Source: an uncultured Kineosporiaceae bacterium
GTDB taxonomy: Bacteria > Actinomycetota > Actinomycetes > Actinomycetales > Kineosporiaceae
Direction: 5' to 3'
Length of the DNA: 64,000 nucleotides
NCBI GenBank assembly: GCA_964583765.1
Contig: CAZOWW010000003.1
Location: forward strand, 6,552-70,551
Each line of letters starts with the position of its first letter. Within the stretch, counting starts at the first letter, position 1. Below the pieces are notes generated by a model. The model was not told where the DNA came from. It saw only the letters and a list, made by a program, of their open reading frames with translations, and searched no databases. Both the position numbers and the translations under genes were made by a program. Shown here piece after piece: positions 39,267-47,251 of the stretch.

Positions 39267-39284
39267 TGCAACGGATCCGTTACA
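39267..39284. promoter_or_regulatory. near-perfect 18-bp palindrome (candidate operator)
   Basis: TGCAACGGATCCGTTACA has a perfect 12-bp core, AACGGATCCGTT. It lies inside the AT-rich intergenic island upstream of aldehyde dehydrogenase paralogue 1. Confidence 0.4.
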
Positions 39285-39362
39285 CAACTAGGACATCGAC
39301 TGCGGGTCCCGACACCCTGCCGACATCACGATCAACCAGTTCAACATTGAGTAATTGTTCAT

Positions 39363-39409
39363 TTACTTCGAGTAATCGAGGAGCGCGGCCACGTGATTAC
39401 CGGAAGTAA
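39363..39409. promoter_or_regulatory. two TTAC-N5-GTAA inverted-repeat boxes (candidate operator pair)
   Basis: TTACttcgaGTAA (39363-39375) and TTACcggaaGTAA (39397-39409). A further GAGTAAT copy lies at 39350-39356. Confidence 0.35.
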
Positions 39410-39509
39410 TCCGTCCGGCGGGCCCACCCGGACCCAGCCGGAGCCGGACCCGCCCCCACCGAACAGGAGGCGAGCCCGGCTCCGGGGGACCCGACGCCCT
39501 GCCTCACCG

Positions 39510-41003
39510 TCAGCCGAAGGCCGCCATGACGTGCTTGACCCGCGTGTACTCCTCCATGCCGTACAGGGAGAGGTCCTTCCCGTGGCCGGAGTGCTTGAAT
39601 CCGCCGTGGGGCATCTCGGCCACCAGCGGGATGTGCGTGTTGATCCACACGCAACCGAAGTCCAGCCGGCGCGAAGCACGCAGCGCGCGGTTCACGTCTC
39701 GGGTCCACACGCTGGAGGCCAGGCCGTAGGGCACTCCGTTCGCCATCGCGAGCGCCTGGTCCTCGCCCTCGAACGCCTGCACGGTGATCACCGGGCCGAA
39801 GACCTCCTGCTGCACGATCTCGTCGTCCTGGCGCAGGCCGGCGACGACCGTGGGTTCCAGGAAGTAGCCGGTGTCGAACCCGGCCGGGCGCGAGCCACCG
39901 GCCACGACTCGGGCGTGCTCCGGCAACCGCTCGAGGAACCCGCGCACGCGGGAGAGCTGCGCGGCGTTGTTCAGCGGGCCGAACAGGGCGTCCTCGTCCG
40001 TGGGCAGGCCGACCCGGGCGGCTCCCGCCTGCTCGACCAGCGCCGCCACGAAGTCGTCGTGCACCTCCGCGGCCACCAGCACGCGGGTCGCCGCGGTGCA
40101 GTCCTGGCCCGCATTGAAGTAGCCGGCCACCGCGATGCCCTCCGCGGCCGCGGCCAGGTCGGCGTCCGCGAAGACGACCACGGGCGCCTTGCCGCCCAGT
40201 TCCAGATGCACGCGCTTGAGGTCCGGTGCGGCCGAGGCCGCGACCTGTGCGCCCGCACGCACCGAGCCGGTGATCGCCACGAGCTGCGGGACCGGATGCT
40301 CCACGACGGCACGCCCGGTCTCGCGGTCCCCGGTGACCACGTTCAGCACGCCGGGTGGCAGGAAATCCGCGGCCAGCTCCGCCAGCAGCAGACTGGTCTC
40401 GGGCGTCGTCTCGGCCGGCTTGAGCACCACGGTGTTCCCCGCGGCGATCGCCGGGGCGACCTTCCAGATCGCCATCATGAGCGGGTAGTTCCAGGGCGTC
40501 ACCTGGCCGACCACCCCGATCGGTTCCCGGCGGATCCACGAGGTGTGCCCGGCGAGGTACTCCCCCGCCGCGCGCCCCTCCAGCAGGCGGGCGGCGCCGG
40601 CGAAGAAGCGCAACTGGTCGACCGCGGGGGGCAGTTCCTCACTCGCGGTCAGGGCATTGATCTTGCCGGTGTTCCCCGCCTCGGCCAGGACGAACTCCTC
40701 GGCCCGCGCCTCCAGGGCATCGGCGATCCGCAGCAGCGCCCGCTGGCGCTCCGCGGGTGTGGTGTCCCGCCAGCTCTCGAAGGCCCTGGCCGCCGCCGTG
40801 TACGCGACGTCCACGTCGGCCGCCGAGGAGACGGGTGCGGTGGCGACCACCGCCTCGGTGACCGGGTCGACGACGTCGCTGCGTACGGACGCGAGCGGGT
40901 CCTGGTACCGGCCGTCGACGAAGTTGCGCAGTTCTCTGGGTGCAGTGGCTGCCACGGCGTCGATCTCCCTGCGTGTGGGCGGACGGGCACCGCCGACGGA
41001 CAC
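39510..41003 (-). CDS. aminobutyraldehyde-type NAD-dependent aldehyde dehydrogenase (paralogue 2)
   Basis: ...VTPWNYPLMMAIWKVAPAIAAGNTVVLKPAETTP...LELGGKAP...NAGQDCTAATR...HGGFKHSGHG... are aldehyde dehydrogenase motifs. The start is the GTG at 41003, or the GTG at 40955 which follows AGGGAG. Confidence 0.9.
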   Translation of the reverse strand: MSVGGARPPTRREIDAVAATAPRELRNFVDGRYQDPLASVRSDVVDPVTEAVVATAPVSSAADVDVAYTAAARAFESWRDTTPAERQRALLRIADALEARAEEFVLAEAGNTGKINALTASEELPPAVDQLRFFAGAARLLEGRAAGEYLAGHTSWIRREPIGVVGQVTPWNYPLMMAIWKVAPAIAAGNTVVLKPAETTPETSLLLAELAADFLPPGVLNVVTGDRETGRAVVEHPVPQLVAITGSVRAGAQVAASAAPDLKRVHLELGGKAPVVVFADADLAAAAEGIAVAGYFNAGQDCTAATRVLVAAEVHDDFVAALVEQAGAARVGLPTDEDALFGPLNNAAQLSRVRGFLERLPEHARVVAGGSRPAGFDTGYFLEPTVVAGLRQDDEIVQQEVFGPVITVQAFEGEDQALAMANGVPYGLASSVWTRDVNRALRASRRLDFGCVWINTHIPLVAEMPHGGFKHSGHGKDLSLYGMEEYTRVKHVMAAFG

Positions 41004-41234
41004 GGCGACCGCGCCGGGCCCGGCACCTCCCCCGACGGGCGGTGCCCAGGCCCCGCGCCTGGAGTGGTATATGTGTCCGCGGCGTGGGTCAGGCCGATGC
41101 TAGCCAGAGTTGAGGCCCCCGGGAATCCCGTTCTCGACACGCCGAGACCCTTCTGGGCACGAATCTGATTGTGAAACGTCCCCGAAACAACGGAATCCCT
41201 TGCCCAGCACCGTCCCACCCAGGAGGATGTGGCC

Positions 41235-41717
41235 GTGGCGATTCCTGCCGCGAGGCCCCGCGGTCTCGCCCAGCCGCTGGACGAGACGTCCAAGCGCATC
41301 ATCGAACAGCTCCAGGCCGACGGCCGGCGTCCCTACGCCTCCATCGGCAAGGCGGTCGGCCTGTCCGAGGCTGCCGTGCGCCAACGCGTACAGCGGCTCC
41401 TCGACTCGGGCGTCATGCAGATCGTGGCGGTCACCGACCCCCTCCAGGTCGGCTTCTCCCGCCAGGCGATGATCGGCGTGCGTGTCGCGGGCGACATCAC
41501 CGCCGTCGCCGACCGGCTGGCCGACCTCGACGAGGTCGACTACGTGGTGATCACCGCCGGTTCCTTCGACGTCCTCGCCGAGGTCGTCTGCGAGGACGAC
41601 GATCACCTGCTCGACGTCCTGACCAACCACATCCGCACCCTGCCTGGCGTGCTCAGTACCGAGACGTTCGTGTACCTGAGACTCCGGAAGCAGCTCTACG
41701 ACTGGGGCACCCGATGA
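41235..41717 (+). CDS. Lrp/AsnC family transcriptional regulator
   Basis: LDETSKRIIEQLQADGRRPYASIGKAVGLSEAAVRQRVQRLLDSGVMQIV is the HTH_AsnC motif, followed by a RAM/ACT-like domain. I prefer the GTG at 41235 (8 nt after AGGAGG) over the tracked 41229. Confidence 0.9.
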   Translation: MAIPAARPRGLAQPLDETSKRIIEQLQADGRRPYASIGKAVGLSEAAVRQRVQRLLDSGVMQIVAVTDPLQVGFSRQAMIGVRVAGDITAVADRLADLDEVDYVVITAGSFDVLAEVVCEDDDHLLDVLTNHIRTLPGVLSTETFVYLRLRKQLYDWGTR

Positions 41718-43111
41718 CGCAAGCGAACGAGGACCTCCGGCAGGACACCGAGAGGTCCTTGATCGCCCAGGCCCGCGACCACCTCTGGATGCACTTCACC
41801 CGGCACTCGAGTTTCGAGACCGGCGAGGTTCCCGTCATCGTCCGCGGTGAGGGTGCCTACGTCTACGACGCCGCCGGACGGCGCTACCTGGACGGCCTGT
41901 CCGGTCTCTTCGTGGTGCAGGTGGGTCACGGCCGGGCCGAGCTGGCCGAGGCCGCCGCAGCCCAGGCCCGCGAGCTGGCCTACTTCCCGCTCTGGTCCTA
42001 CGCCCATCCGCGGGCCGTGGAACTCGCCGAGCGGCTCGCCTCGTACGCACCCGGGGACCTCAACCGGGTCTTCTTCACCACCGGCGGCGGTGAGGCGGTG
42101 GAGACCGCCTGGAAGCTCGCCAAGCAGTACTGGAAGCTGATGGGACGCCCGCTCAAGCACAAGGTCGTCTCGCGTGCGGTGGCCTACCACGGCACCACGC
42201 ACGGTGCGCTCTCGATCACCGGCATCCCCGCGCTCAAGCACGACTTCGAGCCGCTGGTGCCCGGGGCGATCAAGGTGCCGAACACGAACATCTACCGCGC
42301 CGAGGAGCCACTTGCCGCGGACCCGGAGGCCTTCGGCCGGTGGGCGGCGGACCGCATCGCCGAGGCCATCGAGTTCGAGGGCCCGGACACGGTGGCCGCA
42401 GTGTTCCTGGAGCCGGTGCAGAACGCCGGCGGCTGCTTCCCGCCGCCGCCCGGCTACCTCAAGCGGGTCCGCGAGATCTGCGACCAGTACGACGTCCTGC
42501 TCGTCTCCGACGAGGTGATCTGCGCCTTCGGCCGGATCGGGCCGATGTTCGCCTGCGAGGCGTTCGACTTCGTCCCCGACATGATCACCTGCGCGAAGGG
42601 GATGACGAGCGGCTACGCCCCGATCGGCGCGATGATCGCCTCCGACCGGCTCTTCGAGCCGTTCCGCCACGGGCCGAGTTCGTTCCTGCACGGCTACACC
42701 TTCGGCGGCCATCCGGTCTCGGCCGCGGTCGCCCTCGCCAACCTCGACATCTTCGAGCGCGAGGGCCTCAACCAGCACGTCCAGGACCGTGCCCCGGCCT
42801 TCCGCGCCACCCTCGAGCGGCTGTACGACCTGCCGATCGTGGGCGACATCCGCGGCGAGGGGTTCTTCTACGGCATCGAGCTCGTCAAGGACCGCACGAC
42901 CAAGGAGACCTTCACCGACGCGGAGTGCGAGCGGCTGTTGCGGGGCTTCCTGTCCAAGGCCCTGTTCGAGGCAGGGCTCTACTGTCGCGCCGACGACCGG
43001 GGGGACCCCGTGGTCCAGCTCGCGCCCCCGCTGATCATTGACCAGGCGGAGTTCGACCAGATCGAGGCCGTCCTGCGCGACGTCCTCACCCGGGCCTGGG
43101 ATCTCCTGTGA
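41714..43111 (+). CDS. class-III (omega) aminotransferase, PLP-dependent (putrescine/GABA/beta-alanine type)
   Basis: ...GLFVVQVGHGR...VFFTTGGGEAVETAWK...LLVSDEVICAFGRIG...ITCAKGMTSGYAPIG... includes the PLP lysine. The ATG at 41714 overlaps the Lrp TGA (ATGA). The tracked 646-aa ORF is over-extended. Confidence 0.92.
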   Translation: MTQANEDLRQDTERSLIAQARDHLWMHFTRHSSFETGEVPVIVRGEGAYVYDAAGRRYLDGLSGLFVVQVGHGRAELAEAAAAQARELAYFPLWSYAHPRAVELAERLASYAPGDLNRVFFTTGGGEAVETAWKLAKQYWKLMGRPLKHKVVSRAVAYHGTTHGALSITGIPALKHDFEPLVPGAIKVPNTNIYRAEEPLAADPEAFGRWAADRIAEAIEFEGPDTVAAVFLEPVQNAGGCFPPPPGYLKRVREICDQYDVLLVSDEVICAFGRIGPMFACEAFDFVPDMITCAKGMTSGYAPIGAMIASDRLFEPFRHGPSSFLHGYTFGGHPVSAAVALANLDIFEREGLNQHVQDRAPAFRATLERLYDLPIVGDIRGEGFFYGIELVKDRTTKETFTDAECERLLRGFLSKALFEAGLYCRADDRGDPVVQLAPPLIIDQAEFDQIEAVLRDVLTRAWDLL

Positions 43112-43177
43112 GTACCTGGGACCTCCGGCGAGCGCCCTGGCACCTCCGGTGAGCCTCTGGGATCAGCGGTGAGCAGG
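43095..43177 (+). repeat. four tandem copies of a 20-21-bp unit bridging the aminotransferase stop and the next gene's start
   Basis: The copies are CCTGGGATCTCCTGTGAGTA, CCTGGGACCTCCGGCGAGCGC, CCTGGCACCTCCGGTGAGCCT and CTGGGATCAGCGGTGAGCAGG. Copy 1 contains the TGA at 43109-43111. Copy 4 contains the GTG start at 43169, at the homologous position. Confidence 0.9.
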
Positions 43178-44626
43178 GAACTGCCGTCAGCGGGGACCCG
43201 CCCCGGCTCCGGTGGGGAGCCCGGCGCGGAGTACCGGGCGCTCTCGCTCTGGCACGACGAACTGCTGCGCTCGGGGACCGACGACCTGCGGCCCCGCCCC
43301 GCGCTGGACGGCGACACCGAGGTCGACGTGTGCGTGGTCGGGGCCGGGTTCACCGGCCTGTGGACGGCGTACTACCTGCTGCTGGCCGATCCTGCGCTGC
43401 GCGTGCTCGTGGTCGAGCGGGACATCGCGGGCTTCGGGGCGAGCGGACGCAACGGCGGGTGGTGCTCGGCGCTGTTCCCGGCGTCCGCCGCTGCCGTGGA
43501 ACGCGAGCACGGCCGTGCCGCGGCCCTGGCCCTGCGCGGCGCGATGAACGCGACGGTCGCCGAGGTGGGCCGGGTGGCCGCCGAGGAGGGCATCGACTGC
43601 CACTGGGCGCACGCCGGAAGTCTGTGGCTGGCACGTACCCGGGTGCAGTTGGCCCGGCAGCAGGACGAGTTGGCCGAGGACCGGCGGTTCGGTGAGGTGG
43701 ACGGCCTGGTCGCCCTCGGCGCCCGCGAGGCGACCGGGCGCCTGGGAGCCACACGCGTGCTCGGTGCCCTGTGGACCCCCCACTGCGCCCGGGTGCACCC
43801 GGCCAGACTGGTCCGGGGCCTGGCACGGGCGGTCGAACGCCGCGGCGGCCGCATCGTCGAGGGCACCACGGTGCGCCGGCTCGACGAAGGGGCACCCGGG
43901 AGCGGACCGCGCGTGGTGACCGACCGTGGGGTGGTGCGCGCGCGGTACCTCGTCCGGGCCACGGAGGCCTGGACGACGACCCTCCCCGAGACCCCACGGG
44001 CGGTCGTGCCCGTGTACTCGCTCATGGTCGCGACCGAACCCCTGCCCGCCGAATTCTGGGACGGCGCGGGTCTGGCCCGCGGGGAGACCTTCTCGGACGG
44101 CCGCCATCTGATCATCTACGGTCAGCGCACCGCCGACGACCGGATCGCCTTCGGCGGCCGGGGCGCCCCGTACCACTGGGGCAGCCGGATCGAACCGCGC
44201 TTCGACCGGGACGAGCGCGTCCTCGCCGCCCTGCGCGCGAGCCTGACCGAGCTGTTCCCGGCGCTGCGTCGGCACACCTTCACGCACGGCTGGGGCGGAC
44301 CGCTCGGGATCCCCCGCGACTGGCACGCGAGCGTGGGCCTGGATGCCGGGACGGGGTTGGCCTGGGCGGGCGGGTACGTGGGCGACGGCGTCGGCACCGC
44401 GAACCTGGCCGGACGGACGCTGGCCGACCTCCTCCTGGGCCGGGACACCGAGCTGACCCGGTTGCCCTGGGTGGGACACCGCTCGCCCCGTTGGGCGCCG
44501 GAACCGGTCCGATGGCTGGAGGTCAACGCCGGCCTGTGGACCATGACCGCGGCCGATCTCGAGGAACGACTCACCCGGCGGCGGAGTGTCCTGGCGCGAG
44601 GGATGGGACGCCTGCTGGGACACTGA
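43169..44626 (+). CDS. FAD-dependent oxidoreductase (DAO family), paralogue of 31496-32929
   Basis: VDVCVVGAGFTGLWTAYYL is the dinucleotide motif, and ...GASGRNGGWC... follows. The start is GTG. Confidence 0.88.
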   Translation: MSRELPSAGTRPGSGGEPGAEYRALSLWHDELLRSGTDDLRPRPALDGDTEVDVCVVGAGFTGLWTAYYLLLADPALRVLVVERDIAGFGASGRNGGWCSALFPASAAAVEREHGRAAALALRGAMNATVAEVGRVAAEEGIDCHWAHAGSLWLARTRVQLARQQDELAEDRRFGEVDGLVALGAREATGRLGATRVLGALWTPHCARVHPARLVRGLARAVERRGGRIVEGTTVRRLDEGAPGSGPRVVTDRGVVRARYLVRATEAWTTTLPETPRAVVPVYSLMVATEPLPAEFWDGAGLARGETFSDGRHLIIYGQRTADDRIAFGGRGAPYHWGSRIEPRFDRDERVLAALRASLTELFPALRRHTFTHGWGGPLGIPRDWHASVGLDAGTGLAWAGGYVGDGVGTANLAGRTLADLLLGRDTELTRLPWVGHRSPRWAPEPVRWLEVNAGLWTMTAADLEERLTRRRSVLARGMGRLLGH

Positions 44627-44632
44627 TCGGCT

Positions 44633-45973
44633 GTGAGCGAGACGCCTGCCCCGACCGATCCGTCCGACGCGTCCCCGGCCCCGAGCGTGCCGTCCGCCTC
44701 CGGCCAGGCTCCGGGGAGACCACCGGCAGCGGGGAAGGCAGCGGCAGGGAAGGCACGGGAGGCCGGGACAGCACCGGCGCCCCCGACGCGGGCACGAGGA
44801 TCGGTCAGCCGACGGGACAAGCGTCTGTTCGCGCTCTGCCTGCTGTCCACGGCGGCCGCCGGCGTGGCCGGTCACCTGCCGCTCGGCTCGATCGTCCCCT
44901 TCCTGATCGCCGCGATCGCCCTGGCCCTGCTCGCGAGCCTCGTCGGCCGGGCGGTGGACGCGTTGGGTGACCGTCTGGGCGCCGGTGCGACGGGCGTCGT
45001 CCAGTCCGCACTGGGCAATCTGCCGGAGCTGTTCGTCTGCCTCTTCGCCCTGCACGACGGGCTGCTGGACGTCGTGCGCGCAGCCCTCGTCGGATCCGTG
45101 CTGGCCAACGTGCTCCTCGTCCTGGGAATGGCGTTCGTGGTGGGCGGCCTCCGGCACGGCACGCAGCGCTTCGCCGCCGAACGGGCACGGCTGATCTCCC
45201 TGATGCTGGTGCTCTCGGTGATGGCACTGCTGCTGCCCTCGCTCGCCCACGTGCTGCACACCCCGGCGGACCATCACGCCTGGGGTCTGTCCATCGTCAC
45301 GTCGGTGCTGCTCCTGGTGCTCTTCGCGCTCTCCCTGCCCGCCGCGATGGCCCGGGAGCCCGGCGCGAAGACCTCGCCGGCCACGGGCGAGACCACCCAC
45401 GGCCCGGCCACGGGCGAGACCTCGGACGGCCCTTCCACGGGCGAGACCTCGGAGGACGGGTCCCCCGCGACGACCGAGGACGGCGACGAGGGCTCCGCCA
45501 CGCGGTCCGACCGGGAATGGCCCCTGGCCCTGGCGCTGACCGTGCTCACCCTGGCCGGGGTGGGTGCCGCACTGGTCTCGGACTGGTTCGTGGCGGCCCT
45601 GCAACCCGCGATCGAGGCCGCCGGCATCTCCCAGGCCTTCGCCGGCCTCGTCGTGGTGGCGATCGCCGGCAATGCGGTCGAGAACGTCGTGGGGATCCAG
45701 CTCGCGGCGCGCAACCAGGCCGACTACGCGCTCTCGGTGATCCTGCAGTCGCCCCTGCAGATCACGCTCGTCGTCGCGCCCGTCCTCGTGCTGGCGGCAC
45801 CGCTCGTCGGCGCGACCTTCACCCTGGTGCTGTCGCCGTTCCTGGTCGCCACCCTGCTCGTGGCCGCGCTGGTGGCGGTCATCGTGGTCGTCGACGGCGA
45901 GTCCACCTGGTTCGAGGGAGCCGCCCTGCTCGTGCTCTACCTGCTCGTGGCGACGGCGTTCTGGTGGGGCTGA
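44633..45973 (+). CDS. calcium/proton exchanger (CaCA family, Cax/ChaA-like)
   Basis: There are two alpha-repeat motifs, ...SALGNLPELFV... and ...IAGNAVENVVG... About 11 TM segments are predicted, with an acidic central loop. The start is GTG. Confidence 0.85.
   Translation: MSETPAPTDPSDASPAPSVPSASGQAPGRPPAAGKAAAGKAREAGTAPAPPTRARGSVSRRDKRLFALCLLSTAAAGVAGHLPLGSIVPFLIAAIALALLASLVGRAVDALGDRLGAGATGVVQSALGNLPELFVCLFALHDGLLDVVRAALVGSVLANVLLVLGMAFVVGGLRHGTQRFAAERARLISLMLVLSVMALLLPSLAHVLHTPADHHAWGLSIVTSVLLLVLFALSLPAAMAREPGAKTSPATGETTHGPATGETSDGPSTGETSEDGSPATTEDGDEGSATRSDREWPLALALTVLTLAGVGAALVSDWFVAALQPAIEAAGISQAFAGLVVVAIAGNAVENVVGIQLAARNQADYALSVILQSPLQITLVVAPVLVLAAPLVGATFTLVLSPFLVATLLVAALVAVIVVVDGESTWFEGAALLVLYLLVATAFWWG
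45377..45457 (+). repeat. 3 x 27-bp in-frame tandem repeat in the exchanger's central loop
   Basis: It encodes PATGETTHG / PATGETSDG / PSTGETSED. Confidence 0.85.
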
Positions 45974-46146
45974 GCACGTAGGCCTGTCGCCCATCTCCGC
46001 GGGCACCGCCCGCAGCCCGTTGCCGCGGCGCCCGGGCGGCCCGACACGGGGAAACCACGGGGAAACCGAGTTGGCCCGGCCCGGGAAATCGGCTATGCAG
46101 GCACTGCGCACTTCATGCCGGGGCCCGCCGCCAGAACGGACGCATC

Positions 46147-47106
46147 GTGATCCATGCCCAGCAACTCACCCGAACCTTCCGCACCAGGACCGGCACCGTG
46201 GAGGCCGTCCGCGGCGTCGACCTGGCCGTCGAGGCGGGTGAGATCGTCGGCTTCCTGGGACCCAACGGAGCCGGCAAGACGACCACCCTGCGGATTCTGA
46301 CCACCCTGCTGCGCCCCACCTCCGGTACGGCACGGGTCGCCGGGCACGATCTGCGGGACGACCCGGTCGGGGTGCGTCGGCGGATCGGGTACGTGGCCCA
46401 GGGCGGGGTGAACCAGTCCGAGGCCCGGGCCGGTGAGGAGATCGTCGACCAGGCGCGGCTCTACGGCGTGTCCACGGCCGAAGCGGTGGAGCGCGGACAG
46501 CGGCTCTTCGCCGAACTCGACCTGGGCGGTCTCTGGGGCCGCACCTGCGGTTCGCTCTCCGGCGGCCAACGGCGCCGTCTCGACATCGCGATGGGCCTTG
46601 TCCACGCCCCGGCGTTGATCTTCCTCGACGAACCGACGACCGGGCTCGACCCCCAGTCCCGGGCCAACCTCTGGGAGCACATCCGCCGCCTGCGCGGCGA
46701 CGAGAAGACGACGATCTTCCTCACCACGCACTACCTCGACGAGGCCGACGCGCTCTGCGACCGGATCATGGTCATCGACCACGGCCTCATCGTCGCTTCG
46801 GGAACCCCGGACGAACTCAAACGCCAGGTCTCCGGCGACACCCTCACCGTGGTGCTCCGGGACCGGCGGCAGGCCGACGCCGCGCTTCCCGTGCTCGCAG
46901 CCCTCGACGGCGCCGTGCAGGCCACGGTGAGCGGTGAGCGTGGCACGGTGCTCGTCCCGCACGGGGGCGCCGCCCTCCCCGGGCTGCTGCGCGAACTCGA
47001 CGCCCGCGACATCGCCCTGGAGTCCGTCGAGGTGCACCGACCCACGCTGGACGACGTCTTCCTCTCACTGACCGGCCGCTCGCTGCGGGACGAGCCCGCC
47101 CACTGA
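46147..47106 (+). CDS. ABC transporter ATP-binding protein (DrrA/ABC-2 type)
   Basis: FLGPNGAGKTTT is Walker A, LSGGQRRRLDIAMGL is the signature and IFLDEPTTGLD is Walker B. The start is GTG. Confidence 0.92.
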   Translation: MIHAQQLTRTFRTRTGTVEAVRGVDLAVEAGEIVGFLGPNGAGKTTTLRILTTLLRPTSGTARVAGHDLRDDPVGVRRRIGYVAQGGVNQSEARAGEEIVDQARLYGVSTAEAVERGQRLFAELDLGGLWGRTCGSLSGGQRRRLDIAMGLVHAPALIFLDEPTTGLDPQSRANLWEHIRRLRGDEKTTIFLTTHYLDEADALCDRIMVIDHGLIVASGTPDELKRQVSGDTLTVVLRDRRQADAALPVLAALDGAVQATVSGERGTVLVPHGGAALPGLLRELDARDIALESVEVHRPTLDDVFLSLTGRSLRDEPAH

Positions 47107-47131
47107 GCCCCGCCGGCTCCGGCCCGTTCCG

Positions 47132-47246
47132 CCAACCCGCAGGACAGGCTCCGCACCGGCAGCACGCACCCTGAACCCGCAGCACGTACCCGACCCGTAG
47201 CGCGCCCCGAACCCGCAGCACGGGCCCCGAACCCGCAGCACAGGAG
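47132..47246 (+). repeat. about six tandem copies of an 18-21-bp unit filling the ATPase-permease spacer
   Basis: The core (C/G)AACCCGCAG(C/G)AC(A/G) is seen in CCAACCCGCAGGACAGG..., GAACCCGCAGCACGTACC, CGACCCGTAGCGCGCCCC, GAACCCGCAGCACGGGCCCC and GAACCCGCAGCACAGGAG. The last copy supplies the AGGAG Shine-Dalgarno of the permease gene. Confidence 0.85.
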
Positions 47247-47251
47247 TGGAC

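Noticed and set aside
39211-39351. A 46-codon ATG ORF (MNVHSTQGALMDFVASVGPCNGSVTQLGHRLRVPTPCRHHDQPVQH) inside the tracked ORF 38982-39350.
   Set aside because: Its codons mostly end in A/T, quite unlike all confident genes here. It has no ribosome-binding site and sits in an AT-rich promoter/operator region. I treat it as non-coding.
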